Position numbers and translations under genes: made by a program. Under the pieces are notes generated by a model. That model was not told where the DNA came from, ran no database searches, and saw only the letters and a program-made list of their open reading frames with translations. Below, piece after piece: positions 1-9,692 of a stretch of 64,000 nt of DNA; position 1 is the stretch's first letter, and every line of letters begins with the position of its first letter. Origin of the DNA: an uncultured virus (IMG/VR IMGVR_UViG_3300008339_009519) (taxonomy: Duplodnaviria; Heunggongvirae; Uroviricota; Caudoviricetes); IMG/VR virus record IMGVR_UViG_3300008339_009519, positions 1 to 64,000 of that record; one strand, given 5' to 3'.

Positions 1-909
1 TGGTTAAAAAAATACGATTATTCTAATAACAATGGTTACGCAAAAGATCCAATATTTTTATGGGATAGATCAAACTATAATGCTATTCCTACATTTGATT
101 ATTCTTTTCTTTCTGAAAAAAATTCAAGTTCAAAAGAAAACTTATCAAAAATAATAGAAGGATTTTACCAATACGGAATTATTTTTATAAAAAATATTCC
201 AGTACCACATGTTGACGTATTGGATATAGTTGATTTTTTTGGATACATTAGAGAAACAAATTGGGGTAGGACTTATCATGTGAAATCATACGCTGATGCT
301 AATAGTGTTGCATATACAAACCATGCCTTATTTGGACACACAGATGATCCTTATAGGGACCCAATAGCTACAGCGCAGATAAGTTTATTCACTAAAAATA
401 CTACAAAAGGTGGAGAATCTACTTTATGCGATGGTTTTAAAATCGCAGAAGATATGAGAGTTCTGTATCCAGAACATTTTGAGCTTCTTGCAAAAACTCC
501 AATTCATTTTTATTTAAAAGATAATAACAACATTTTTGAATCTATAAAAACAATAATAGAATTAGATTCTATTGGACAAATTAATTGTATTAGATATTCT
601 AATCACTCAAGTCAGCCATTTAATTTGCCTCCAGAAAAAATGTACGATTTTTATGCTGCGTATCAACAATTTGGGAAAATGCGAGAGCATCAAAAGTACC
701 AATTAAAAATAAAGATGAACCAAGGCGATCTTTATATGATAGATAATACTAGGATCTTGCATGGGCGATCAGAGTATAGTGCAACTGAAGGTGAGAGAAA
801 TATCCATGGTTGCTTCCTTGAAAAAGATCAAATTCTTAGTAATTGGAAAATAAATCGTTTGAAAACAGACTCCTACTGGTCTTATTGGCTCAAAATGTCG
901 AGGTACTAA
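1..909 (+). CDS. Gamma-butyrobetaine/trimethyllysine dioxygenase-like TauD/TfdA-family 2OG-Fe(II) dioxygenase (5' partial)
   Basis: Frame is open from base 1; motifs NSVAYT..LFGHTDDPY, GGESTLCDGF, IRYSN, DNTRILHGR. Confidence 0.85.
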   Translation, partial: WLKKYDYSNNNGYAKDPIFLWDRSNYNAIPTFDYSFLSEKNSSSKENLSKIIEGFYQYGIIFIKNIPVPHVDVLDIVDFFGYIRETNWGRTYHVKSYADANSVAYTNHALFGHTDDPYRDPIATAQISLFTKNTTKGGESTLCDGFKIAEDMRVLYPEHFELLAKTPIHFYLKDNNNIFESIKTIIELDSIGQINCIRYSNHSSQPFNLPPEKMYDFYAAYQQFGKMREHQKYQLKIKMNQGDLYMIDNTRILHGRSEYSATEGERNIHGCFLEKDQILSNWKINRLKTDSYWSYWLKMSRY

Positions 910-910
910 A

Positions 911-2116
911 ATGAAACCAGTTTATTCTGCTGAAGCAGAAGAATACAGAAATGTAGTTAAAACTTTTTTATCCAATAACCTCCCAAAAGATTGGGCTGGA
1001 ATGGGAAAATTAAATGAAAAAGAATTTAATGAATTTGTTTTACAGTGGAGAAAAAAGCTTTCAACTACAACATTTTTAGCCCCAACTTGGCCCAAAAAGT
1101 ACGGGGGGGCCGACGCCTCTCCGATGGAACATGTAATAATTGCTGAAGAATTTACAAAAGCTGGCGTTCCAATGGGAAGTATCAATGATTCTATGAGTAT
1201 CAGAATGTTAGGGAATACACTTCTGCTTCTTGGCACAGAAGCGCAGAAAGAATACTACTTACCAAAAATTATATCTGGAGAACATGTTTGGTCTCAGGGT
1301 TTTAGTGAACCAAATGCAGGAAGTGATTTAGCTAATATATCTTTGTCCGCCAAAAAATACGGAGATGCTTGGATCTTAAATGGCCAGAAGATATGGACCT
1401 CCTCTGCGATGACGTCTAATCATATAATGACCTTAGCTAGAACTGATAGCACTATGGGCAGGCATAAGGGATTAACATTTTTTTTAGTTGATATGAATCA
1501 ACCGGGTCTTGAGGTAAGACCAATAAATATGTTGTCTGGCTATAAAGAATTTAATGAAGTATTTTATAGGGACGTTGTAGTAAAAGAGGAAGAGATCCTT
1601 GGTGAGATAAACAATGGTTGGGCAGTTGCTATGACTCTTTTGGGCCATGAGAGAGGTGGCAATGCGTCAGTACTCCCAATTCTTCTTGAAGAAGAGATCC
1701 AAAAATTAATTAGACTAGCACAGCAAAACAAAACTAATTTGAGCCCAATTATACGAGATTCGTTGGCAGCATGCTACTCAAAAGTCCAAATTTTAAAATG
1801 GTCTGGTCTAAGAACATTATCAAAATATTTACACGGTGCTCAATTGGGTCCAGAATCCGCAATAGCCAAATTAGCTTGGAGTGAGTATCACCAAGAAGTT
1901 TTGGAGCTTTCTACTGAAATACTAGGTGCAGAAGCCATGATCTTAGAGGGAAGAAAGCCATCAAACCTGTTGATAACAGATGATATAGGTTCAGAAAACT
2001 CTTCGATGAGTTGGATTATGACATTTTTAAACGCTAGATCAGAGATAATCTATGCGGGCTCTTCTGAAATACAAAGAAATATCATTGCAGAAAAAGTGTT
2101 GGGACTGCCTAAATAA
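911..2116 (+). CDS. Acyl-CoA dehydrogenase (actinobacterial FadE-like)
   Basis: WSQGFSEPNAGSDLA, LNGQKIWTS, FNEVF, GWAVAMTLLGHERG, IYAGSSEIQRNIIAE. Confidence 0.93.
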   Translation: MKPVYSAEAEEYRNVVKTFLSNNLPKDWAGMGKLNEKEFNEFVLQWRKKLSTTTFLAPTWPKKYGGADASPMEHVIIAEEFTKAGVPMGSINDSMSIRMLGNTLLLLGTEAQKEYYLPKIISGEHVWSQGFSEPNAGSDLANISLSAKKYGDAWILNGQKIWTSSAMTSNHIMTLARTDSTMGRHKGLTFFLVDMNQPGLEVRPINMLSGYKEFNEVFYRDVVVKEEEILGEINNGWAVAMTLLGHERGGNASVLPILLEEEIQKLIRLAQQNKTNLSPIIRDSLAACYSKVQILKWSGLRTLSKYLHGAQLGPESAIAKLAWSEYHQEVLELSTEILGAEAMILEGRKPSNLLITDDIGSENSSMSWIMTFLNARSEIIYAGSSEIQRNIIAEKVLGLPK

Positions 2117-2161
2117 ATCGTTACTATATCCCCTATAATACTTTAATTTGAAGGGGATTTT

Positions 2162-2413
2162 GTGGAGCAAATAAAGAATATAATAATGCGTATTGTTGCA
2201 ACTTTTGCAGCGTCTGGTCTTGGCGTAATTGGTGCTGGTACAATAGCCGGAGTGCCACTTTGGAAAGCAGTTTTTATGGCAGGGATTGCTGGAGTAGCAA
2301 CCGTAATTGAAGGTCTTTCAAGAGCTTTTTTAGACGACGGGAAACTTTCAGTTGCTGAAATTAATCAGGTATTTAATCAAGTAGACAAAAAGGTTAAAAA
2401 AGCAGGCGAATGA
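2162..2413 (+). CDS. Small membrane protein with 2 hydrophobic segments, holin-like
   Basis: GAAGGGG SD before GTG; hydrophobic segments, then basic C-terminal tail. Confidence 0.6.
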   Translation: MEQIKNIIMRIVATFAASGLGVIGAGTIAGVPLWKAVFMAGIAGVATVIEGLSRAFLDDGKLSVAEINQVFNQVDKKVKKAGE

Positions 2414-2516
2414 TGCGTCAAAATCATGAAAAGTCTGAGTGCAAATGCGCACATTGCGATTGTGAAACCTCATGTTTGAACAGTTGTACTTGCAACGAAT
2501 TAATGGGTTATAGTGC

Positions 2517-2750
2517 ATGTACAAGTCATCACGATTAATTAAACTGCTTCCAATCATGCTGATTGCAGTTTCAGCCTGCGGCTATGACGGAAGCTATAGA
2601 TATGAGTGTCAAGATCCAGAGAATTGGGAAGCAGAGGAGTGTAATCCACCATTATGTCTAGTAGATGGAATGTGCACAGAAACATTGCTTGGTTTCGATC
2701 CAAGCGAAACAACAATAGAAACACCTACACAAGAAACGGTAGCGCCATGA
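2517..2750 (+). CDS. Small Cys-rich putative lipoprotein
   Basis: Signal peptide with lipobox-like VSAC; four further Cys. Confidence 0.6.
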   Translation: MYKSSRLIKLLPIMLIAVSACGYDGSYRYECQDPENWEAEECNPPLCLVDGMCTETLLGFDPSETTIETPTQETVAP

Positions 2751-3010
2751 AAAAAAGACTAACACCCGAAGAACTTGATGCTCGATTAAAATTTGTTGTT
2801 GGATGTGTTTTGGCTGGTGTTTTAACACTAACAACAATTGGTGTTTTATACGCATTAGTGTTTGTCACACAGCCAATTGGCGCTCAAGCTGAAAATGACA
2901 AAATGTTTTTTGGAGTTCTTTCTAGCGTTGCCACCTTTATCACTGGAACACTTGCTGGCCTAATGATATCTACTGGTCGTAATTCTAAAGAAGAAGAATT
3001 AGAAGACTAA
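2747..3010 (+). CDS. Two-TM membrane protein
   Basis: ATGA overlap with the upstream gene supports start 2747; two hydrophobic helices. Confidence 0.65.
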   Translation: MKKRLTPEELDARLKFVVGCVLAGVLTLTTIGVLYALVFVTQPIGAQAENDKMFFGVLSSVATFITGTLAGLMISTGRNSKEEELED

Positions 3011-3639
3011 GAGTACGGCTTATTTAGCCATTTTTTTACAACCCAAAAAGTTGTTGTGACATAACGATCACCAGATGTTACTGGATTTACGCCATGAGCG
3101 TAATTTCCACCTGCTGGGAATATTAACACTGAACCAGCTTTTGGCTTGAATTCAAGATCGTACTGGCTAAAAAATATTTCTCCACCAGTGTAGTTATCAT
3201 TATAATATAGTATATTGCTGACATCTCTCCAAGATTCACAGATCTTATCTGCGTGCTCATTTAGCATAGAGCCTGTTCTATATTCGGTAATGCTGTTTAT
3301 TTCAGATTTTTCTAATTCACATTCAAATGTTTCTTCCAGAAGAAGTTGAACCTTGTCCCTATACTTAATAAGTACTTCTAGTAAGTCTCTGGTATTTTGA
3401 TTAAAGTTTGGATCGTCTGGATGACAATCTTGGACCAAATAGGCCCTTAAAGGGTATTCATGCATTTTATATTTATCTATGACAAAGTTTCCATCTTTAA
3501 TTCCTTTGTCAATAGTGAGTAAATCTTCTTCTGAGATAAAATTTTCAATTAAGTAAATATTTTTAACATCGTCAGTATCTATGAGTAGATCTTTGCTGCC
3601 TTCATAGATATATCCACTTTTATTTGGAATAATTGCCAT
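3007..3639 (-). CDS. 2OG-Fe(II) oxygenase, prolyl-4-hydroxylase-like
   Basis: HAD...YYNDNYTGGEIFF...HGVNPVTSGDRY. Confidence 0.9.
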   Translation of the reverse strand: MAIIPNKSGYIYEGSKDLLIDTDDVKNIYLIENFISEEDLLTIDKGIKDGNFVIDKYKMHEYPLRAYLVQDCHPDDPNFNQNTRDLLEVLIKYRDKVQLLLEETFECELEKSEINSITEYRTGSMLNEHADKICESWRDVSNILYYNDNYTGGEIFFSQYDLEFKPKAGSVLIFPAGGNYAHGVNPVTSGDRYVTTTFWVVKKWLNKPYS

Positions 3640-3671
3640 ATTTATATAATACCATATTTCATTTTAAAATT

Positions 3672-3744
3672 CCTATATAGGGTTAAAATGAGAAAAAATT
3701 TTTAAGGGGGTTTTCCATTTTTGAACTTTTTCCCTATATAGGGA
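3672..3744. repeat. Two copies of palindrome CCTATATAGG in an AT-rich intergenic region
   Basis: CCTATATAGG at 3672-3681; TCCCTATATAGGGA at 3731-3744. Confidence 0.7.
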
Positions 3745-3747
3745 TTT

Positions 3748-3909
3748 TTATTTTTTTATTAGATTATATAGATCTAATAACATGTTCTCCACTTCTTGGT
3801 GAGAAAATAACTCTCTTTCAGCTTTAGATACTTCTTTTAAAAAATTTTCAACAGAAAGTTTTATCTCTTCTGTTTTAGGATCCTTTACTGCAGAAAGTAT
3901 TCTACTCAT
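3748..3909 (-). CDS. Hypothetical protein, 53 aa (not in ORF track)
   Basis: ATG directly after the upstream stop; MSRILSAVKDPKTEEIKLSVENFLKEV...LYNLIKK. Confidence 0.6.
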   Translation of the reverse strand: MSRILSAVKDPKTEEIKLSVENFLKEVSKAERELFSHQEVENMLLDLYNLIKK

Positions 3910-6900
3910 TTAAGCCTCGTCGTTTTTTAAAAGAACATGTATGTAGTGGACAGCTAGGGCAACGCCTGTTGCTATCATGGCTGTCTTTCTTGTGTCGCCG
4001 GACAATGTAATGAATACAACAACGCTACCAGCTAACGTGAATGATAGTGCAGCTGTTTCATTAACGAACTTTCTTACTAGTCCGAACCAACTTATTTTTC
4101 TCTTCCATGTACCCTCCTCCAGGTAATAATTAAATATGCTGTTTCTTGTATATTCTTCGTCGTCTTCGTCATCCAAGCCTGCTATTTCTCCAGCTGGCTC
4201 TTCTCCCTCTTCTTCTCTCCTACTGCGTCCTTCTGGGCTAGAACTACCAGATCCTCCAGAACCGCTTCCAGAGCCTCCTGTAGAGCCTCCAGAAGGCCCC
4301 CCAGTGGCTGCAGCTGCAGCAACGCCAGCAACCGCTGTGGTGGCTGCTATAAGCGTTCTACGAGCTCCTACGTCAACCTGTGAGCCGACTGGCACGTAAT
4401 CATCCAGACCCTCACCATACACGTCAATGGTCTCTTCAAAAGTTTCTTTAATTTCCTCAGGAGCATTAGTTACGGCTTCAACGAGAGCTGCTTCTTCTGT
4501 TGCGGTTAAGTCTTCAACTGGGATGGTTTCGAACACAGCCTCTGCTTGAGTGGTGTCAATACTTTCGAGAACTTTAGAACTGCTAGCAAGGGCGGTTGCC
4601 TGGTCTTCTGTTACACCGTTTTCAAGTACTGCATCAACAGCTTCAGCAACTTGTTCTTCAGATACAGTATCGGATTCAAGAACATTCAAAACTTCAGTAA
4701 ATTGTTCGTCTGTTATATCTTCTGTGATAATAGAATCTATAACTGCAGTAAACTGTTCGTCAGATAATGGCTCATCAAACACAGCGTCAAGAACTGCAGC
4801 AAATTCTTCTACAGAAACGTCAGCTGACAACACTGTATCAAGAGCTGCCACTAATACTTCTGCATCTGCATCTGCAGTAAACACAGTATCGAGTACCTCT
4901 GTTAATTGTTCAGCAGATATATCAGAAGCAAAAATGTCTTCTAGTACTGTGGCCACTTCCTCCGAAGAAGTAATATCTATGTCTTCAATAATATTATTTA
5001 TTTCTTCGTCAGTGAAATCAGTTGTTTCATCTGGTATAGTGTCTACAGGAGGTTCAGTTGATTCTGTTTCAGGTTCTGTCGTCGTTGTATCTTCTTCTAC
5101 AGTTGTTGTTTCTGTTTCTTCAGGCAGCGTCTCTTCTGTGGCTGGGGTGGTGTCTTCTGGGACTGTGGTCTCTGGCTCAGGCGATACAGGGACGACTACT
5201 ACCACTGGCTCTGTGGTTGTTGTCCCTGGTTCTGGTTCCGGTGCTACTGAACTACTCGTAGGAACTGAACTGCTAGTTGGCACTGAACTGCTAGTAGTCG
5301 TAGTGCTTGAAGAAACACCAACCTGGATTGACACAGTGTTTGAATTAGCTGAATACTTACCGAATGTGTCGTTGTCAGAGCGAATATGAAAAAGCCAAGT
5401 AGTTCCGCTTGGCATCAAACTTTCGAGCAGTGAATAGCCAATTGTGTAGTTTGTATTTAAAGCATTTGTATCACCGACATTCCCAGTTGCAACACCCCAA
5501 CCGCTCTGTCCTGCCGTATTTAAACTGATGGCATATCTTTCAGGTAGATATCCACCAGTAGTTGGCGCATCCCAGTCAAGTAGGATTTCAGAGCCGGTAT
5601 CAGTTACTGTTAGGTTTGATGGGGCACCAATTGTGTCTGGAAATGTATTAGAACTTTGTGTAAACACTGTTCCAGTTGTGTATGGGCGAGCAGTTCCCTC
5701 AACCTGGGTCGTTCCATTCCATTGATAGTGACGAATCCAAACACCTGAAGCATCCCAGGAGTTGCCGGTTACTGTTGACCAACTTTGGTTCTTTTGACCA
5801 TTATTGTATGTGTCGTCAAGATAAATAGCGATTGCATTTGTTGTGAATGTATTGCCACTAATGAGACGGTTGTCGGTTCCCATGTTGAAAGTCGGTGGAA
5901 TCCAGCCGTTGTGATAAACACCAATTCCATTGTTTGTAAATGTGGAATTTAGAACCTGCCCACGATTTAGTCCTTGGATGTTTACTGCATAAGAGTTATT
6001 TGTAAATGTTGAGTTCTGCACTTTTGTAAAGCGCTGGGTATTGATACCAGAACCGTTATTGCTAAATACGCAATTATTTACATATGTTTTGTTTTGGAAA
6101 GCAGAATCCGTTTGGTCTGCCCATGTTGTAACTCCAGCAGGAAGTTGTGGGGTTGAGCCGTGGTCTCCACCAATACCAATACTTAGGTAGTCAAATGTAC
6201 AGTTGGTATATGTTGCTGTTGATCCAGCAGCATTATTCCAAACAGCACTACCACCAGTCATTGCTGTGAATCTAATGTTTGTTGCAACAACCGTTCCTTG
6301 GGAGTTGTAAATAAGACCACCGTAAACATTTTGCCCTTGTTTAAGGGTCATGTCAGAGACCGTAAGGCTCTTGCCAGATGGAACGTTAAATATTCGGTAC
6401 AGGTTATTTCCATCAATTATGGTTTGCGTTCTTCCGTTACCAGTAATTGTCACATTTTGAGTTATCTGTGGCAGTGCGCTAGCCAGAGTTATCGTTCCAT
6501 CAACGCTAAATGTGATTGAGTCGTATATACCGCCAGCAGTAGCGTTTGCTTGAGTTATTGCCCAACGAAGAGTCCCGTTTGCGGTCGTATCTTCAAGGCT
6601 TGTTACCACTAGGGATGTTGGTGCAGGGATGTCATTAGGGACAAACGAAAGAGTTGAACCATACGCCGAACCTGAAGCATTGGTTACTTTTAGCCTGAAG
6701 TAATAAGTGGTTGAGCCAGTCAAGCCAGAAACAACAGTCGATACAGTTGAAAGCGAAGTTCCAGTAAATGTTCCAGATACCGGAATGTCAACGACAGTTC
6801 CAGAGAAGTCAGCCGTAGTGCTGTACTGGAATACTGCTGTTGAACTAAATCCATTAGGGTTTAACGTTCCAGAAAGTGTTACAGGGCCGTCATCAACAGT

Positions 6901-8211
6901 TACTGTTGGTTCCTCTGATGAAACTATTGGTGCAGTAGCAGCAAGTGTGTCAAAGTCAAATACAGCAGACTCTGTTGTTCCAGTTTCGTTAGTTGCAACA
7001 ATCTTTGCGTAGTAGGTTTGGCTTGGATCAAGACCAGTAATTTCTGCACTGGCTGCTAATTCATCGGAGCCCGTGAAAGTTCCCATTGATACTGAACTAG
7101 AAGTAGTAAAGCTTGAGTCAGTTGAGTAAACAAGTTCTGCTGTAGTCGAGAACCCCTTGGGGTTCACTGTTGATGCAACGGTTGCAGAGGTCTGTCCAAT
7201 GCCGCTTACTACTGGTGCGCCTAGAACTGGAGCGTTATTTCCATCAGCTGAAAGCACATAGCTAATACGAAAAGAAGTTGATGCACCAGCACCAAGTGTT
7301 GGAACATTTAGTGCTACGTAGATTCCAGCGTCGGCGTATATTTCTCCAATATTGCCAAGGTACGCTCCGCTTGTTGCAAGAGTGTTTCCAGCATTCCAAA
7401 TGTCTGCAGGGTCTGGAGAAGAGAATCCACCAGTTTGTCTGGCTACACGAGCACGAGCATCAAATGATTGTAGAGCGATGAATGCACCGTTACCCCATCT
7501 TGCTGTTGCTTGCGCTTCTGCTCCTTGACCAGTTACGGCATTGCATGATTGAAAAGTTGTTGTATTACCAGTACTACCTGCACATGTCATTGAGCCAGAA
7601 CCAGTTGCATTGTCTGGGTCAAATCCACGACCAAAGAAAACATCGCTAATCGCAGAGCTAGTTGTGTTGGTGAGAGTAACGTCGGTATGGAGTGCTTGCC
7701 CTGCTGTTGGCACACAATACCTTTGGGAAACGCTTACGCCGTTATAGGGACTTGCGCTGCTCCAAGATACACACTGAGAGGAGCCAGAGTTTTGGATGTC
7801 TGAAACTGCACCTGCGATACCTGTTTGGCCATTGTCATTTTTGCCTACGCTCCCAGCAACCTTCATTTGCCAGCCTTCAAACGGTGAGCCAGGGCAGAAG
7901 AAGTCTCCGTCATCTGTAGTGACGCCCCAGCCGTCCATTTCTCTGTCAACGCGAAAGCCAAGACAGTTTGATGGGTTCTGGTTGAATCCAGAGGGAACAC
8001 TCGTAGAGCCAAAAGCTCCGTTTGCTCGCACACCAACTTCAGCAAACTCGCCCTGCAGGAATGCCTGGTCCCCAGAAATCTTCGTATTTGTAGAAAATGT
8101 GGCTTGAGCAGGACCAGACGGCGGAACAAAAGATCCTATTAAAAATAGAGGAACAAAAATCCATGCTGCCTTACGCGTAAAAGCGTAGCGTAATCTATTA
8201 AGTATATTCAA
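3910..8211 (-). CDS. Large secreted/membrane-anchored protein: FN3-like repeats, right-handed beta-helix, Thr/Glu linker, acidic helical repeats, C-terminal TMs
   Basis: N-terminal signal; GL.PSQTYY and GLTGSTTYYFRL (FN3); GTLRWAI..AN and N.TF.NN repeats (beta-helix); hydrophobic C-terminus. Confidence 0.75.
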   Translation of the reverse strand: MNILNRLRYAFTRKAAWIFVPLFLIGSFVPPSGPAQATFSTNTKISGDQAFLQGEFAEVGVRANGAFGSTSVPSGFNQNPSNCLGFRVDREMDGWGVTTDDGDFFCPGSPFEGWQMKVAGSVGKNDNGQTGIAGAVSDIQNSGSSQCVSWSSASPYNGVSVSQRYCVPTAGQALHTDVTLTNTTSSAISDVFFGRGFDPDNATGSGSMTCAGSTGNTTTFQSCNAVTGQGAEAQATARWGNGAFIALQSFDARARVARQTGGFSSPDPADIWNAGNTLATSGAYLGNIGEIYADAGIYVALNVPTLGAGASTSFRISYVLSADGNNAPVLGAPVVSGIGQTSATVASTVNPKGFSTTAELVYSTDSSFTTSSSVSMGTFTGSDELAASAEITGLDPSQTYYAKIVATNETGTTESAVFDFDTLAATAPIVSSEEPTVTVDDGPVTLSGTLNPNGFSSTAVFQYSTTADFSGTVVDIPVSGTFTGTSLSTVSTVVSGLTGSTTYYFRLKVTNASGSAYGSTLSFVPNDIPAPTSLVVTSLEDTTANGTLRWAITQANATAGGIYDSITFSVDGTITLASALPQITQNVTITGNGRTQTIIDGNNLYRIFNVPSGKSLTVSDMTLKQGQNVYGGLIYNSQGTVVATNIRFTAMTGGSAVWNNAAGSTATYTNCTFDYLSIGIGGDHGSTPQLPAGVTTWADQTDSAFQNKTYVNNCVFSNNGSGINTQRFTKVQNSTFTNNSYAVNIQGLNRGQVLNSTFTNNGIGVYHNGWIPPTFNMGTDNRLISGNTFTTNAIAIYLDDTYNNGQKNQSWSTVTGNSWDASGVWIRHYQWNGTTQVEGTARPYTTGTVFTQSSNTFPDTIGAPSNLTVTDTGSEILLDWDAPTTGGYLPERYAISLNTAGQSGWGVATGNVGDTNALNTNYTIGYSLLESLMPSGTTWLFHIRSDNDTFGKYSANSNTVSIQVGVSSSTTTTSSSVPTSSSVPTSSSVAPEPEPGTTTTEPVVVVVPVSPEPETTVPEDTTPATEETLPEETETTTVEEDTTTTEPETESTEPPVDTIPDETTDFTDEEINNIIEDIDITSSEEVATVLEDIFASDISAEQLTEVLDTVFTADADAEVLVAALDTVLSADVSVEEFAAVLDAVFDEPLSDEQFTAVIDSIITEDITDEQFTEVLNVLESDTVSEEQVAEAVDAVLENGVTEDQATALASSSKVLESIDTTQAEAVFETIPVEDLTATEEAALVEAVTNAPEEIKETFEETIDVYGEGLDDYVPVGSQVDVGARRTLIAATTAVAGVAAAAATGGPSGGSTGGSGSGSGGSGSSSPEGRSRREEEGEEPAGEIAGLDDEDDEEYTRNSIFNYYLEEGTWKRKISWFGLVRKFVNETAALSFTLAGSVVVFITLSGDTRKTAMIATGVALAVHYIHVLLKNDEA

Positions 8212-8260
8212 CCGACATCCCCTTCAGTTAGACACTCCTAATAGTAACAACTAAAATAAA

Positions 8261-8297
8261 AAAAAATCCCCATCTCTAAATAAGCTGGGGATTTTTT
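8261..8297 (-). terminator. Intrinsic terminator, potentially bidirectional
   Basis: AAAAAATCCCCA-N13-TGGGGATTTTTT inverted repeat with T-tracts on both strands. Confidence 0.75.
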
Positions 8298-8339
8298 ACG
8301 CTATAGAGCGTCGGTTTCCGTAGACAAAGTATACCAGAA

Positions 8340-8976
8340 CTAAATGTATTCTCCAAATTTTTTTATTTCTCTTCCTGGAACACCAACGACTGTAGCACCA
8401 TCGCTTATATGCTCTATAACAACAGTGCCTGCTCCAAGTGTACAGTTGCTTCCTACATTTTTGAAGTTGATAATAACACTTCCTGCACCTATTGATGTAG
8501 CTTCACCAACATTCACATCTCCACAAATTCTGGCCCCAGGACTAACAGTACAGAAATCTCCTATTGAACTAGATTGGTTTATTGATGCAGCGGTGTTGAT
8601 GTGTACATGCTTGCCTAAATGTACTCGTGTGGTTAAAACTGAGTAAGGGCCCATAGTTAAGCCATTCCCGTAACTGCAGTAAGTTCCTATTAAGGCTGTT
8701 TCATGTATAAGATTCGCTGCTTGGTTGATTCTATTAATTTTTGATTCTATTTCTTTTCTTATCTTTGATGAATTAATTGCAATAGTATATTTCAAATTAG
8801 GATATTTATCCAACAAAGAATTAATAAGAGATACACTGCCGAGTAAAGAAGAGTTTTCAACAGAAGAATTATCATCTAGATAACCTATTATATTCCAGGC
8901 CTGATACTTATCGGATGAGCATAAATACTCTAGATCCTTAGAATGACCACCAGCTCCGAATTACAACTAAGTCCAT
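8340..8976 (-). CDS. PglD/NeuD-like sugar acetyltransferase (hexapeptide repeat); needs +1 shift at CGG 8958
   Basis: ATG 8976 MDLVVI, then C-GGA-GCT-GGT-GGT-CAT gives GAGGH and joins the 8340-8816 hexapeptide ORF (VVGVPGR). Confidence 0.88.
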
Positions 8977-8981
8977 AAAGG

Positions 8982-9692
8982 CTACCAAGTAAAAAGGTAT
9001 GATCCAAAGTTGCTGGTGATGTCTTTGTTAGAAATCTGCTCACCGTTTTCAGTTAAAATATTATTAACTTTATCTAGATCTTTTACTAGTTGGCTAGTTA
9101 GTGCATCCCCGTTTGTAAAAAACGGACCATGTAGAGATAATAAAAGTGGGATTTTATAGTCTTGTAAAATTTCTGCGTAATGATTAATTAAACTAAATTC
9201 GTGTCCTTCTATATCTATTTTTATCAGAGAAAAATCTCCCATTGATAAAAGGGCATCTAATCCAATTGTTTCTGCACTAATCCCAGTCGTATTTTTTTCA
9301 GAAACTCTTGTCATTGAATCGCCTAAAAAGTTATTTGACTGTAAATAAACTTCCTTAACTCCTGAAGCAGCTTTGTGTATTACGTTAATATTTTTAATGG
9401 AATTTAAAGATATATTTTTCTGCAGTATCTTATGCGCAATTGGATCTGGCTCAACGGCTACTACATTTCTTGAAAAGAAAGAACCATATATTGCAGTTGG
9501 TCCGATCCAAGATCCTATATCTAAATAATCTTTATCTTTTGATAAAAATCTATCTAAAAAATTGAAGGTGCCCGGTTCCCAGGAAGAATACTTTTCTGAC
9601 CAAAAATTATAACCTATATCTTGATGTAGCTCTTTACTGTCTTCTACAGTAAATGATACGTTATTTTTACTTACCAATAAATTATTAGTCAT
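8982..9692 (-). CDS. FkbM-family SAM methyltransferase
   Basis: YLDIGSWIG, VAVEPDP, LIKIDIEGHE. Confidence 0.9.
   Translation of the reverse strand: MTNNLLVSKNNVSFTVEDSKELHQDIGYNFWSEKYSSWEPGTFNFLDRFLSKDKDYLDIGSWIGPTAIYGSFFSRNVVAVEPDPIAHKILQKNISLNSIKNINVIHKAASGVKEVYLQSNNFLGDSMTRVSEKNTTGISAETIGLDALLSMGDFSLIKIDIEGHEFSLINHYAEILQDYKIPLLLSLHGPFFTNGDALTSQLVKDLDKVNNILTENGEQISNKDITSNFGSYLFTW

Noticed and set aside
5245..5300. Short tandem DNA repeat
   Set aside because: Degenerate; it simply encodes the SSSVPT linker repeats
4136..8129. Alternative ORFs over the 1433-aa gene, mostly plus-strand (e.g. 4550-5389)
   Set aside because: Antisense or off-frame shadows of low-complexity coding sequence, with no RBS or motifs
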